DNA of 13,364 nt, taken from positions 85,651 to 99,014 of the forward strand of contig CAYPPG010000027.1 in assembly GCA_964412555.1 (NCBI GenBank). The letters run 5' to 3'. A model generated the notes under the pieces. It made no database searches and had not been told where the DNA came from. It saw only the letters and a program-made list of their open reading frames with translations. The first letter of the stretch is position 1. Every line of letters starts with the position of its first letter. This document shows positions 1 through 6,381 of the stretch, in pieces. The translations under genes were made by a program, and so were the position numbers. The DNA is from an uncultured bacterium. Lineage in GTDB: Bacteria > Hinthialibacterota > Hinthialibacteria > Hinthialibacterales > Hinthialibacteraceae.

Positions 1-95
1 TTGCAAATAACTGAGTAGAGGCGTTTTAGTAAGGGCGGTTCAGTAAGGGCGGTTCGGGAACCGCCCCTACAGGTTGGGACTTGCAAACGAATGAG
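1..95. repeat. Repeat cluster upstream of the prepilin-like gene. Two tandem 14-mers agtaagggcggttc sit at 28-41 and 42-55. An inverted half-site gaaccgccc completes an 8-bp-stem hairpin at 47-66. The block is flanked by two 15-nt direct repeats, ttgcaaataactgag at 1-15 and ttgcaaacgaatgag at 81-95.
   Basis: Read directly from the sequence. The half-site GGGCGGTTC occurs twice in direct and once in inverted orientation. The flanking 15-mers match at 12 of 15 positions. No T-tract follows the hairpin on either strand, so this is not a canonical terminator. Confidence 0.5.
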
Positions 96-113
96 AAATA
101 ATCGGAGTGGATA

Positions 114-527
114 ATGCATGCTCGACATTTCGGTTTTACATTGATCGAATTACTGATTGTGGTGGCGATCATCGGAATTTTAGCGGCAATCGCGGTCCCG
201 AATTTCATGAATGCCCAAATTCGGGCAAAAATCGCCAAAGTAGAAGGGGATTTGAAGGCAATGGCTTCAGCAATCATGGCATATCAGGTCGATTACAACG
301 ATGTGCCTCCGGATATGAACACTGGAACTTGGCCTTCGTACATGATCTCTCATGTTGCAGTTCTCAGTACACCCGTTGCCTATGTGACTTCATTTCCGTA
401 CGATCCTTTCAACAAAGGAAGCGATACAGGAGATGCTTCCTGGGTGCCGGAGTCATGGAATTTTTTCTCACCCGAATATTTTACGAAGAAGGGATCGGCA
501 GGTACTTTCTGGAGTCCGTTTGCCTGA
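114..527 (+). CDS. Prepilin-type N-terminal cleavage/methylation domain protein, type IV pilin or T2SS pseudopilin-like, 137 aa.
   Basis: The N-terminus MHARHFG|FTLIELLIVVAIIGILAAIAVPNF is a classic prepilin peptidase site (G-1, F+1, E+5) followed by a hydrophobic helix. GGAG at 104-107 lies 6 nt upstream of the ATG. The overlapping ORF 107..541 in another frame has no such motif. Confidence 0.8.
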   Translation: MHARHFGFTLIELLIVVAIIGILAAIAVPNFMNAQIRAKIAKVEGDLKAMASAIMAYQVDYNDVPPDMNTGTWPSYMISHVAVLSTPVAYVTSFPYDPFNKGSDTGDASWVPESWNFFSPEYFTKKGSAGTFWSPFA

Positions 528-712
528 CCGAACGAATATAATGAAGAGAACGATTATCGCAATCGTCTTGCCATCCTCTATTCCGTTGGCCCTTCCATGA
601 CACGTTATTTCCCCGGTCAAGGATATGACCGCGGATGTTGGCACTTGGATTTCAATTCGTCGAATGGATTACAATCTTTTGGCTCCATTCGCCGATTTGT
701 TCCATAATGGTG

Positions 713-3175
713 TTATGCTTGATCAAGCACTTGACGGACAAAACGTACCAATTCATCCGGCTGATAGGGTTTCGGAAGATAACAGGTTGCCCCCAGCCGG
801 TCCAGAGAACGCGTGTATGCTTCCTCTGAGTAACCACTGCTGATAATGACTTTAGTATCCAGTGCCATGGAATGAAGTTGTTCCATCACTTCCTGCCCGG
901 ATATATTGGGCATGGAGAGATCAAGAATGATGAGATCGATTCGAGGCCGTTCTTGGATATAGATATCGAGCGCTTGTTTCCCATCCTCCGCTAACAAGAC
1001 GGTATAGCCGTAATATTCCAAGAGAGAACGGTTGATTGTTCGTATAATTTCTTCATCGTCGACGAGAAGAATGGTTTCCTTGCCGCCGCGAATTTCTTCT
1101 TCAATTTCCGGTTTCGGTGTATCGATTTTTTCTGATGTTGCGGGAAGATATAATTGAAAGGTCGTTCCGATTCCTATTTGACTCGTAAATTCGATCCACC
1201 CCCGATGTTGTTTCATGAGACCATAAGCGCTGGCGAGTCCTAAGCCTGTCCCTTTTCCGTATTTCTTTGTACTGAAAAAAGGTTCGAATATATGGGATTT
1301 GACATCTTCATCCATGCCGGCGCCATTGTCACTGATCTCGATAACGACATAGTCCCCCGCCGGCCGGTTGGGCAGATAAAAATCATTTTTCGAAATAGTA
1401 ACCAATCGAGTTTTTAGAGTGATTTTGAATTGATCATGCCGCTGTGTAGAGAAAGACGGATCGTGCATGATCTCTTCAATGGCATCCCGCGCATTGATGC
1501 ATAAGTTCATAAGGATAGAACTGATTTGAGTCGAATCGATCGAAACAGAAGGTAGACATTCGTCTTTTTCAACGAGGATGTCAATTCGGCGGTCGATGGT
1601 TTGACGAACGAGAAGGTGGATTTCATCGAGAAGAATATTGATATTGATTGTTTCCAATTGTATGGGCGATTTTCGGCTGAATTCCAGTAACTGTTTGACC
1701 AGTTTCGATGCTCGGTCGGCAGCCGTCTTTGCGTTGTGCAATTGTTCTTGAATTTCCGGATTGGCTTTCATTTTCGCCAGAGTTAAACTCCCAATGATAC
1801 CGGTTAACAAATTGTTGAAATCGTGCGCGACTCCTCCCGCCAGCTGACCGATCGCTTCCATTTTGTGGGATTGATTCAATTGTTCTTCCAGGGCGCGTTT
1901 TTCTTGCTCGGTTCGTTTGATTTCAGTAATATCTCGAGCAATCCCACAAACTCCCATGATATCACCCGTGGGCAGATGCATTGGCACTTTCACAATATGA
2001 AAATGTTGCATTTCTTGATTCACATATTTCGTGAATTGATCTTCGACGATAGCGCCGTTCAGAACAAGATGATCCGCTTCCCGTGAATTGTACTGTTGTG
2101 GTTCCCCGAAAAAGTGTTCATCGACTGTATGGTCGAGTTGCGTATGCGAAGATTTTAGTAAATTTTTCATACTGGGATTGATGGCAACGTATTGAAAATC
2201 ATGATCTTTTATAAAAATACAATCTACAGCCGCCTCGAACACGGTTCGAAACCGGCTCTCACTTTCCGCCAAGGCTTCCATGACTTGAACCCATCGCAGT
2301 TTTTGGCTGGTCAAGTACACAAGAACTTTCGCAATTTCCTTATCCTGCTGTTGAAAAGGAGTGATTGTTTTGTTGTGTAGTGAAAGGATGCCAAGGATTT
2401 CCTTGTTTTCATCCAGCAATGGAAAGACTAAGAGTGAACCGTTGTTATAGCCGTGCCAACCGCTTGAAATGAATGTTTTTTCTTGATGGATATCGCTGAT
2501 CAAGATTGGTTCTTTGGTTTTCATGGCATGAAAAAATACACTCTCGGAACTGAGAGGAAGGGAGATTCTATCCGGGGCATGACCGGGATCCAAAGCATGA
2601 ATCAATGTTAGATGGTTTTCACAGACTAAATAAAGACTTCCTCCTTGGGTGTTGATATTTTCATAGAAATTATTCATGATTGCTGGCGCGAGCTGTTTCA
2701 GACTCAGGCAGGCCGATAATTCGGAGGCAGATTGAGCCACTTTTTTCAGGCGGCTGTTGAGTTCTTCCAATTCTCGGTTTCGGATTCTCAACGCTTCATC
2801 GGCTTCCCATTTCTCTGCGGCTCGGCAGATCGTTACGATCAGCTTGTTCATATCACATGGTTTCTGAAAAAAAACAAAAACACCGAGATTGATCAGCTGA
2901 TTGGCGGAAGATTCATAGGGATAGCCGGTTAGAGCGATGCACTCGGTTTTCGGCGAAAGGATTTTGATTTCCCGTATGATGTCGATGCCGAAACCGTCAC
3001 TCACATTGAGATCGACTACTGCAACAGCGGGTGCTTGTGAACGGATTTGAGTGAGTGCATCGTGACTTCCTGAAGCCCCGATAAGTTCATAGCCTTTTAT
3101 TGTCAAGAGATCGATGAGTGTTGCCCGGAATTTTGGATCATCCGCGATAACGAGAATGCTTGTTTTTGAATTCAT
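713..3175 (-). CDS. Hybrid sensor histidine kinase / response regulator, 820 aa, with domain order REC - coiled coil - GAF-like - PAS - HisKA - HATPase_c - REC.
   Basis: N-terminal receiver: ILVIADD...VAVVDLNVSDG. PAS: RFRTVFEAAVDCIFIKD. H-box: VAHDFNNLLTGIIGS. G1/G2 boxes: ISDNGAGMDEDV...GKGTGLGLASAYGL. C-terminal receiver: ILLVDDEEI...DLIILDLSMPNISG. The reading frame is continuous. Confidence 0.9.
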   Translation of the reverse strand: MNSKTSILVIADDPKFRATLIDLLTIKGYELIGASGSHDALTQIRSQAPAVAVVDLNVSDGFGIDIIREIKILSPKTECIALTGYPYESSANQLINLGVFVFFQKPCDMNKLIVTICRAAEKWEADEALRIRNRELEELNSRLKKVAQSASELSACLSLKQLAPAIMNNFYENINTQGGSLYLVCENHLTLIHALDPGHAPDRISLPLSSESVFFHAMKTKEPILISDIHQEKTFISSGWHGYNNGSLLVFPLLDENKEILGILSLHNKTITPFQQQDKEIAKVLVYLTSQKLRWVQVMEALAESESRFRTVFEAAVDCIFIKDHDFQYVAINPSMKNLLKSSHTQLDHTVDEHFFGEPQQYNSREADHLVLNGAIVEDQFTKYVNQEMQHFHIVKVPMHLPTGDIMGVCGIARDITEIKRTEQEKRALEEQLNQSHKMEAIGQLAGGVAHDFNNLLTGIIGSLTLAKMKANPEIQEQLHNAKTAADRASKLVKQLLEFSRKSPIQLETININILLDEIHLLVRQTIDRRIDILVEKDECLPSVSIDSTQISSILMNLCINARDAIEEIMHDPSFSTQRHDQFKITLKTRLVTISKNDFYLPNRPAGDYVVIEISDNGAGMDEDVKSHIFEPFFSTKKYGKGTGLGLASAYGLMKQHRGWIEFTSQIGIGTTFQLYLPATSEKIDTPKPEIEEEIRGGKETILLVDDEEIIRTINRSLLEYYGYTVLLAEDGKQALDIYIQERPRIDLIILDLSMPNISGQEVMEQLHSMALDTKVIISSGYSEEAYTRSLDRLGATCYLPKPYQPDELVRFVRQVLDQA

Positions 3176-3463
3176 GTTCCCATAGGGTGTCTAGGTAAAA
3201 TTATAATATTATTATCACTAATGCCTCTGAACCTGAGAATCTTGTCAGAGTATACCAGAGTTTTAACCAATCGGTTCAAAAGTAACGCTATAAAACTTCC
3301 GATAATTTTTACGTAATGTGTATTGGATATACTATTTTGTCAACTTTTTTTTGAATTTCTATCTCTCTAGATGGTTATTTGTGCTTTTTTCAGAATTTTC
3401 CCCATACTCGGAACACAAGGCAAAGAAAGGAACGTTGAGGATTTGGTGATTTTTCTATCTATG

Positions 3464-4792
3464 TTAGGTGGGTTTAGGAGAATGGAGGGGGGATAGGAAA
3501 ATACCCATTTTCGAATCGATCGCTGTGATTAACAAGGGTTCACTGATGGATTTTGATCTCAATTCCTCTTCTTCTATCTCGTGTTCTTTTTTCAGGATGC
3601 GAATCTGAGTTTGGGAATTGGAACCGATGTGCTTGATACTGGAAATATTGATTGTCTGGAATACAGGAAATAGTTTTCTCAATGCTAAGGCAAATGCATG
3701 TATTTGTTCTTGTGGTTCCTCCATCGTCTGAAGTAATCCTTTGAATTTTTCAATGACTTCTTGATTTGGAATCGATGCGATGGAGCGTTCCCAATCAATT
3801 TGTTTCGACGAAGGAAACAGGAGGAGAAGGGACGGTGCTATTTGGTATATTTCTCGATAGGTGGCGGCTTGAAATCGCAACAGTGTGTTCGGAACCTCTT
3901 GTTGTTGGAAAAATAATCTCACTCCAATCCCAATATGGTTGGCATGAAGGTGAGTAAGGAATAGATGAATACAGATCATTTCCAAATAGCCAAGTGAATG
4001 GTTCATATAGATTTCGACGATGGAATACGTTTGGAAGAATTCTTGCGCTTTTTTCCCGATGAGGATTTCTTTGCCTTCTTGATCCATCCGTAATTGGGAG
4101 GGTTTCTGCGGTTCTCCTTTCAGTTCGCTGATTCGAATATCTTTGACGATGGCATTATCCAGTTTCGCATTGGTTAAATTACAACGGTTGAAATGGCTGA
4201 GCCAAAGATCGCTGTTGCTTAAATCCGCGTCGGTAAGATTGGATTCGAACAGTTCCACTCCCCATAATTTTGTCATCGACAAATTGGAACGGCTTAAGTT
4301 GGTTACGAAAAAAGTTGATCCACTGAAATTACAGGCTAGTAGATTGGCTTCACTCAGCTCGATGGCAAAAAAATCGACTTCATTTACTTCTGCGTAGGAA
4401 AGGTCAATTTGTTCCAAATGGGCTTCGACAATCGAGGCTTTATCCAATTTGGCTTCGGAAAGATTGGATTGCCGAAGGTTCACACGAAAGAGACTTGCGC
4501 CTGATAAATTTGTTTTCCTCATATCCGCGCAACTCAAATCTGCATCGCTCAGATTGGTATCGCTCAGATCGGCTCCGGACAGGTTCGATTCCTTAAAAAT
4601 CGTATCGCGAAGATGCGCTTCGCTCAGATTGGCGTCTTGCAGATTGGTTTTGTAGAAGTTGGCTTGGTTCAAGTTTGTTTTGACCAAATAGATACCACTC
4701 AAATCCGGAACAATATCCGGATTCTGGTCTCTCCATGCATTCCAACTTTCCACACCTTCGATTAGCTTGGCTGAATGATCGGGATTTGCCAT
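3464..4792 (-). CDS. Pentapeptide-repeat protein, about 442 aa. The N-terminal roughly 280 aa are tandem A(D/N)LxX pentapeptide repeats. The C-terminal roughly 200 aa match no domain I recognise.
   Basis: Long runs of ANLSEAHLRDTIFKESNLSGADLSDTNLSDADLS... are present. I place the start at the ATG at 4790-4792, where the protein begins MANPDHSAKLIEGVESWNAWRDQNPDIVPDLSG, a typical pentapeptide-repeat N-terminus, with AAAGG 9 nt upstream. The ORF-track extension to 5032 runs through the palindromic repeat copies (MRAGMPALR appears twice) and is rejected as non-coding. Confidence 0.8.
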   Translation of the reverse strand: MANPDHSAKLIEGVESWNAWRDQNPDIVPDLSGIYLVKTNLNQANFYKTNLQDANLSEAHLRDTIFKESNLSGADLSDTNLSDADLSCADMRKTNLSGASLFRVNLRQSNLSEAKLDKASIVEAHLEQIDLSYAEVNEVDFFAIELSEANLLACNFSGSTFFVTNLSRSNLSMTKLWGVELFESNLTDADLSNSDLWLSHFNRCNLTNAKLDNAIVKDIRISELKGEPQKPSQLRMDQEGKEILIGKKAQEFFQTYSIVEIYMNHSLGYLEMICIHLFLTHLHANHIGIGVRLFFQQQEVPNTLLRFQAATYREIYQIAPSLLLLFPSSKQIDWERSIASIPNQEVIEKFKGLLQTMEEPQEQIHAFALALRKLFPVFQTINISSIKHIGSNSQTQIRILKKEHEIEEEELRSKSISEPLLITAIDSKMGIFLSPLHSPKPT

Positions 4793-4874
4793 CAAAAAGT
4801 ACCTTTCGTGAATCGATTCAATCGGGGTATCATACAACAAGCTCGAAGGGCTGTGAATGTTCTTAGGAATTTGT

Positions 4875-4900
4875 CGGAGCGCGGGCATCCCTGCCCGCAT
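4875..4900 (+). repeat. REP-like GC-rich palindromic element, copy A: cggagcgcgggcatccctgcccgcat. The stem is GCGGGCA/TGCCCGC with loop TCCC, followed by TTTTAAAAA.
   Basis: Exact core shared with copies at 4998-5023 and 12534-12564, plus a near-exact copy at 12612-12642. Confidence 0.85.
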
Positions 4901-4916
4901 TTTAAAAATTATCATG

Positions 4917-4930
4917 GTCCCTGCCCGCAT
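4917..4930 (+). repeat. Decayed partial copy of the palindromic element: gtccctgcccgcat. The right arm and loop are retained and the left arm is lost.
   Basis: 13 of 14 positions match the 3' half of the element core. Confidence 0.5.
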
Positions 4931-4957
4931 GAGTAGCGCGAATCGGGAACGAGGTGC

Positions 4958-4986
4958 GTAAAAAGTGCGGCCAAGGATGGCCGCGC
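4958..4986 (-). terminator. Candidate intrinsic terminator for the minus-strand DA1-like gene, formed by copy E. On the minus strand it reads GCGGCCAUCCUUGGCCGC followed by acUUUUUac.
   Basis: A 7-bp GC-rich stem with a 4-nt loop is followed by five U on the minus strand (plus-strand AAAAA at 4960-4964). It lies 106-134 bp downstream of the stop at 5092. Confidence 0.4.
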
Positions 4987-4992
4987 TCCCAG
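4965..4992 (-). repeat. Inverted (minus-orientation) copy E of the palindromic element, read on the minus strand: ctgggagcgcggccatccttggccgcac. It carries compensatory stem changes (G->C paired with C->G) that preserve the hairpin GCGGCCA-TCCT-TGGCCGC.
   Basis: The reverse complement of 4965-4992 aligns to the element core with 4 mismatches in 28 nt. Two of these are reciprocal changes at paired stem positions. Confidence 0.75.
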
Positions 4993-4997
4993 TAGGC

Positions 4998-5023
4998 CGG
5001 AGCGCGGGCATCCCTGCCCGCAT
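4998..5023 (+). repeat. REP-like palindromic element copy B, cggagcgcgggcatccctgcccgcat. It sits head-to-head with inverted copy E, and together they form a roughly 56-nt composite palindrome from 4967 to 5022, resembling a REPIN or BIME.
   Basis: Exact 26-nt identity to copy A. The 5' arms of E and B (gcgctcc at 4983-4989 and ggagcgc at 4999-5005) are mutually complementary, so a third 7-bp stem is possible. Confidence 0.85.
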
Positions 5024-5091
5024 GTTAAACACTTATTTTAACTATCGATTTAAAAACAAGTTCCTCGACATAGGAAATAGAGATAAAAATA

Positions 5092-6249
5092 TCAGCGCAA
5101 AGCTTTTTGAGCGTACTCGATCACTTTCTGCCGTCCTAAATTTTGTTGAATGTTTTGAAATCGTCGATAGCCGGTTCCGTACGGATGATCATTTCGCTCT
5201 TGCAATTTCTCAAGGGATTCTTGGAATCCTTTGATTTGGAGAATTTGCGCTGCCACCCACTGCGCAAATCCTTCCCGTAGTTCCAGACTTTGATCGGTAG
5301 GGCAATGTTCCGCTTGCCATGCGTGAGCATATTCATGCGCGGCGGTCTCGTAGAGCATCTCCGGAGGAACACCGTACAGTAAGAATATCTCTGAGTTGCC
5401 ATTCATTCGGCGATACAACCCTAATTCCCCTCCAAATAAGGGACTGTTGGAATTTTGCCCACGTTTCGCCGCTTTGGCATCGATGAACGATTTACTGTTT
5501 AATTCGGAAATGTGCAATTCATATGGAATTTCAATCGTCAGCCCCAAATGTCTTCGAATGAGTTGTTCCGTTTCGGCCATGATTTTTCGAATGCGCTCCT
5601 CATCGAAAACCGCCCGATTGTTACATTTCTCACAAATGGTGCGGCCGTCTTGGAACTTCCAATACTTGTCACCGACAGGCACACCACAGGCGTAGCATTT
5701 CGGGCGTTTTGTGTGACAAGAAGGACAGAATACGCCATCCGAATGCTTATAACGATAATAATTACCGGTAATGGCTTTCCCGCAGGCGGCGCAGTGAGGG
5801 AGTTTTTTCAGACATTCAGGGCACGCGCCGGATTCGGGATCCAAAAGATGCCGAGGAGTGGGTTTTTTACAAACGGTACATTTTGGAGTCCTTGAATAAC
5901 AGCGTGCGCAGTAGAGTTCTTCGCTGTTTTCAAGTTTGTAGTAGTGTCCCTGAATTCGCTGCCCACAAATGGAACAATATTTTGCCTTTGCCATGCATTC
6001 ACGGCACAAATACTCCCCTTTGTAGGCAATCAGTTGATTTTTGTGAAAGGGAAGTTTGCAAGCCGCGCAATGAGGCAGTTTTTTATTGCAAGACAAACAT
6101 ACAATAATTTTCTTTCCATCGAATTTATATTCAATGTATCTTCCACGAATAGCATTTCCACAACGGTCACAAATCATAGAATCCGCTTGGAGATGCCACG
6201 ATGAAGGCAGAAACAATAATGCCGAAACGAGAAACTTACGTCTTTTCAT
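5092..6249 (-). CDS. Secreted protein with six tandem CxxC-x15-18-CxxC zinc-binding modules (LIM-like / zinc-ribbon) fused to a C-terminal DA1-like HExxH zinc metallopeptidase domain, about 385 aa.
   Basis: From the ATG at 6247-6249 the N-terminus is MKRRKFLVSALLFLPSSWHLQA, a signal peptide. There are twelve CxxC pairs in a regular alternation, CDRC-x18-CLSC-x6-CAAC-x17-CREC-x6-... The C-terminus AAHEYAHAWQ...LELREGFAQWV matches the plant DA1 peptidase signature HEMMHAWL...LE.EEGICQV, recalled from Arabidopsis DA1. The track start at 6291 adds 14 residues ahead of the signal peptide and is less likely. Confidence 0.7.
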   Translation of the reverse strand: MKRRKFLVSALLFLPSSWHLQADSMICDRCGNAIRGRYIEYKFDGKKIIVCLSCNKKLPHCAACKLPFHKNQLIAYKGEYLCRECMAKAKYCSICGQRIQGHYYKLENSEELYCARCYSRTPKCTVCKKPTPRHLLDPESGACPECLKKLPHCAACGKAITGNYYRYKHSDGVFCPSCHTKRPKCYACGVPVGDKYWKFQDGRTICEKCNNRAVFDEERIRKIMAETEQLIRRHLGLTIEIPYELHISELNSKSFIDAKAAKRGQNSNSPLFGGELGLYRRMNGNSEIFLLYGVPPEMLYETAAHEYAHAWQAEHCPTDQSLELREGFAQWVAAQILQIKGFQESLEKLQERNDHPYGTGYRRFQNIQQNLGRQKVIEYAQKALR

Positions 6250-6274
6250 TGTATACCGTACAATCATCCATCCT

Positions 6275-6303
6275 TGATATTTTATCGTCAATCAACATAT
6301 ACT
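6275..6303 (+). promoter_or_regulatory. Sigma70-like promoter candidate for the SGNH-hydrolase operon: -35 TTGATA (6275-6280), a 17-nt spacer, then -10 TATACT (6298-6303).
   Basis: Near-consensus hexamers with ideal spacing, about 80 nt upstream of the ATG at 6382, in a divergent intergenic region. This assumes the organism's primary sigma factor uses the common consensus. Confidence 0.3.
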
Positions 6304-6381
6304 TTTATTATAACATGATCTGGTCAAAATACCGAAAGAAATAGGTTTATCCCTATGAATTTTCCTGAATGGAGGCGTTCA

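Noticed and set aside
47-66. Hairpin gggcggtt-cggg-aaccgccc, considered as a Rho-independent terminator of an upstream gene.
   Set aside because: There is no T/U-run on either side in either orientation. I report it instead as part of a repeat and operator-like array.
70-86. Sigma54 (-24/-12) promoter upstream of the pilin gene. The reasoning was that aGGttgggacTTGCAaa contains GG ... TTGCA and that pilin genes are often sigma54-dependent.
   Set aside because: The spacing between GG (72-73) and GC (83-84) is one nucleotide shorter than the strict TGGCAC-N5-TTGC geometry, and the -24 element lacks the CAC.
107-541. 144-aa ORF in an alternative frame overlapping the pilin gene.
   Set aside because: It has no recognisable motif and an Arg/Cys-rich composition. 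The 114..527 frame carries the unmistakable prepilin signature.
717-728. Perfect 12-bp palindrome GCTTGATCAAGC at the end of the HK gene, considered as a possible terminator or operator.
   Set aside because: It lies within the last codons of the HK (…LDQA) and has no adjacent T-tract. It is most likely coincidental.
625-843. Small ORFs 625..843(+), 635..829(+) and 652..837(-) at the HK 3' end, plus numerous 60-150-aa ORFs internal or antisense to the large genes (for example 1823..2086, 2192..2380, 2732..2932, 3766..3957, 4143..4397, 4449..4655, 5136..5402, 5396..5695, 5512..5895, 5538..5738, 5808..6029, 5883..6107, 5944..6204, 6086..6277, 6580..6777, 7112..7495, 7231..7437, 7753..8202, 8199..8837, 8302..8607, 8470..8751, 8618..8800, 9103..9378, 9355..9555, 9422..9637, 10497..10718, 10663..10923, 10670..10876, 10806..11096, 10966..11559, 11342..11611, 11502..11864, 12977..13279, 13037..13243, 13065..13319).
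   Set aside because: All overlap well-supported genes in other frames or on the opposite strand. They lack RBSs and recognisable domains. Several are low-complexity translations of the antisense of the Ala/Glu-rich flotillin coiled-coil or the pentapeptide repeats.
4875-5023. CRISPR array interpretation of the repeated roughly 26-31 nt palindromic elements. The 33-nt unique segment between copies C and D is spacer-like.
   Set aside because: Spacings are irregular (about 123 nt between A and B, 78 nt between C and D). One copy is inverted and abuts another head-to-head, which CRISPR repeats never do. There are only two copies per locus. No leader or cas genes are present. This pattern fits REP/REPIN-type elements.
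5092-6291. Longer 399-aa start for the DA1-like gene (MTIKYQGWMIVRYT...).
   Set aside because: The extra 14 residues precede a textbook signal peptide that begins at the Met at 6249. The extension also overlaps the likely divergent promoter (TTGATA...TATACT at 6275-6303).
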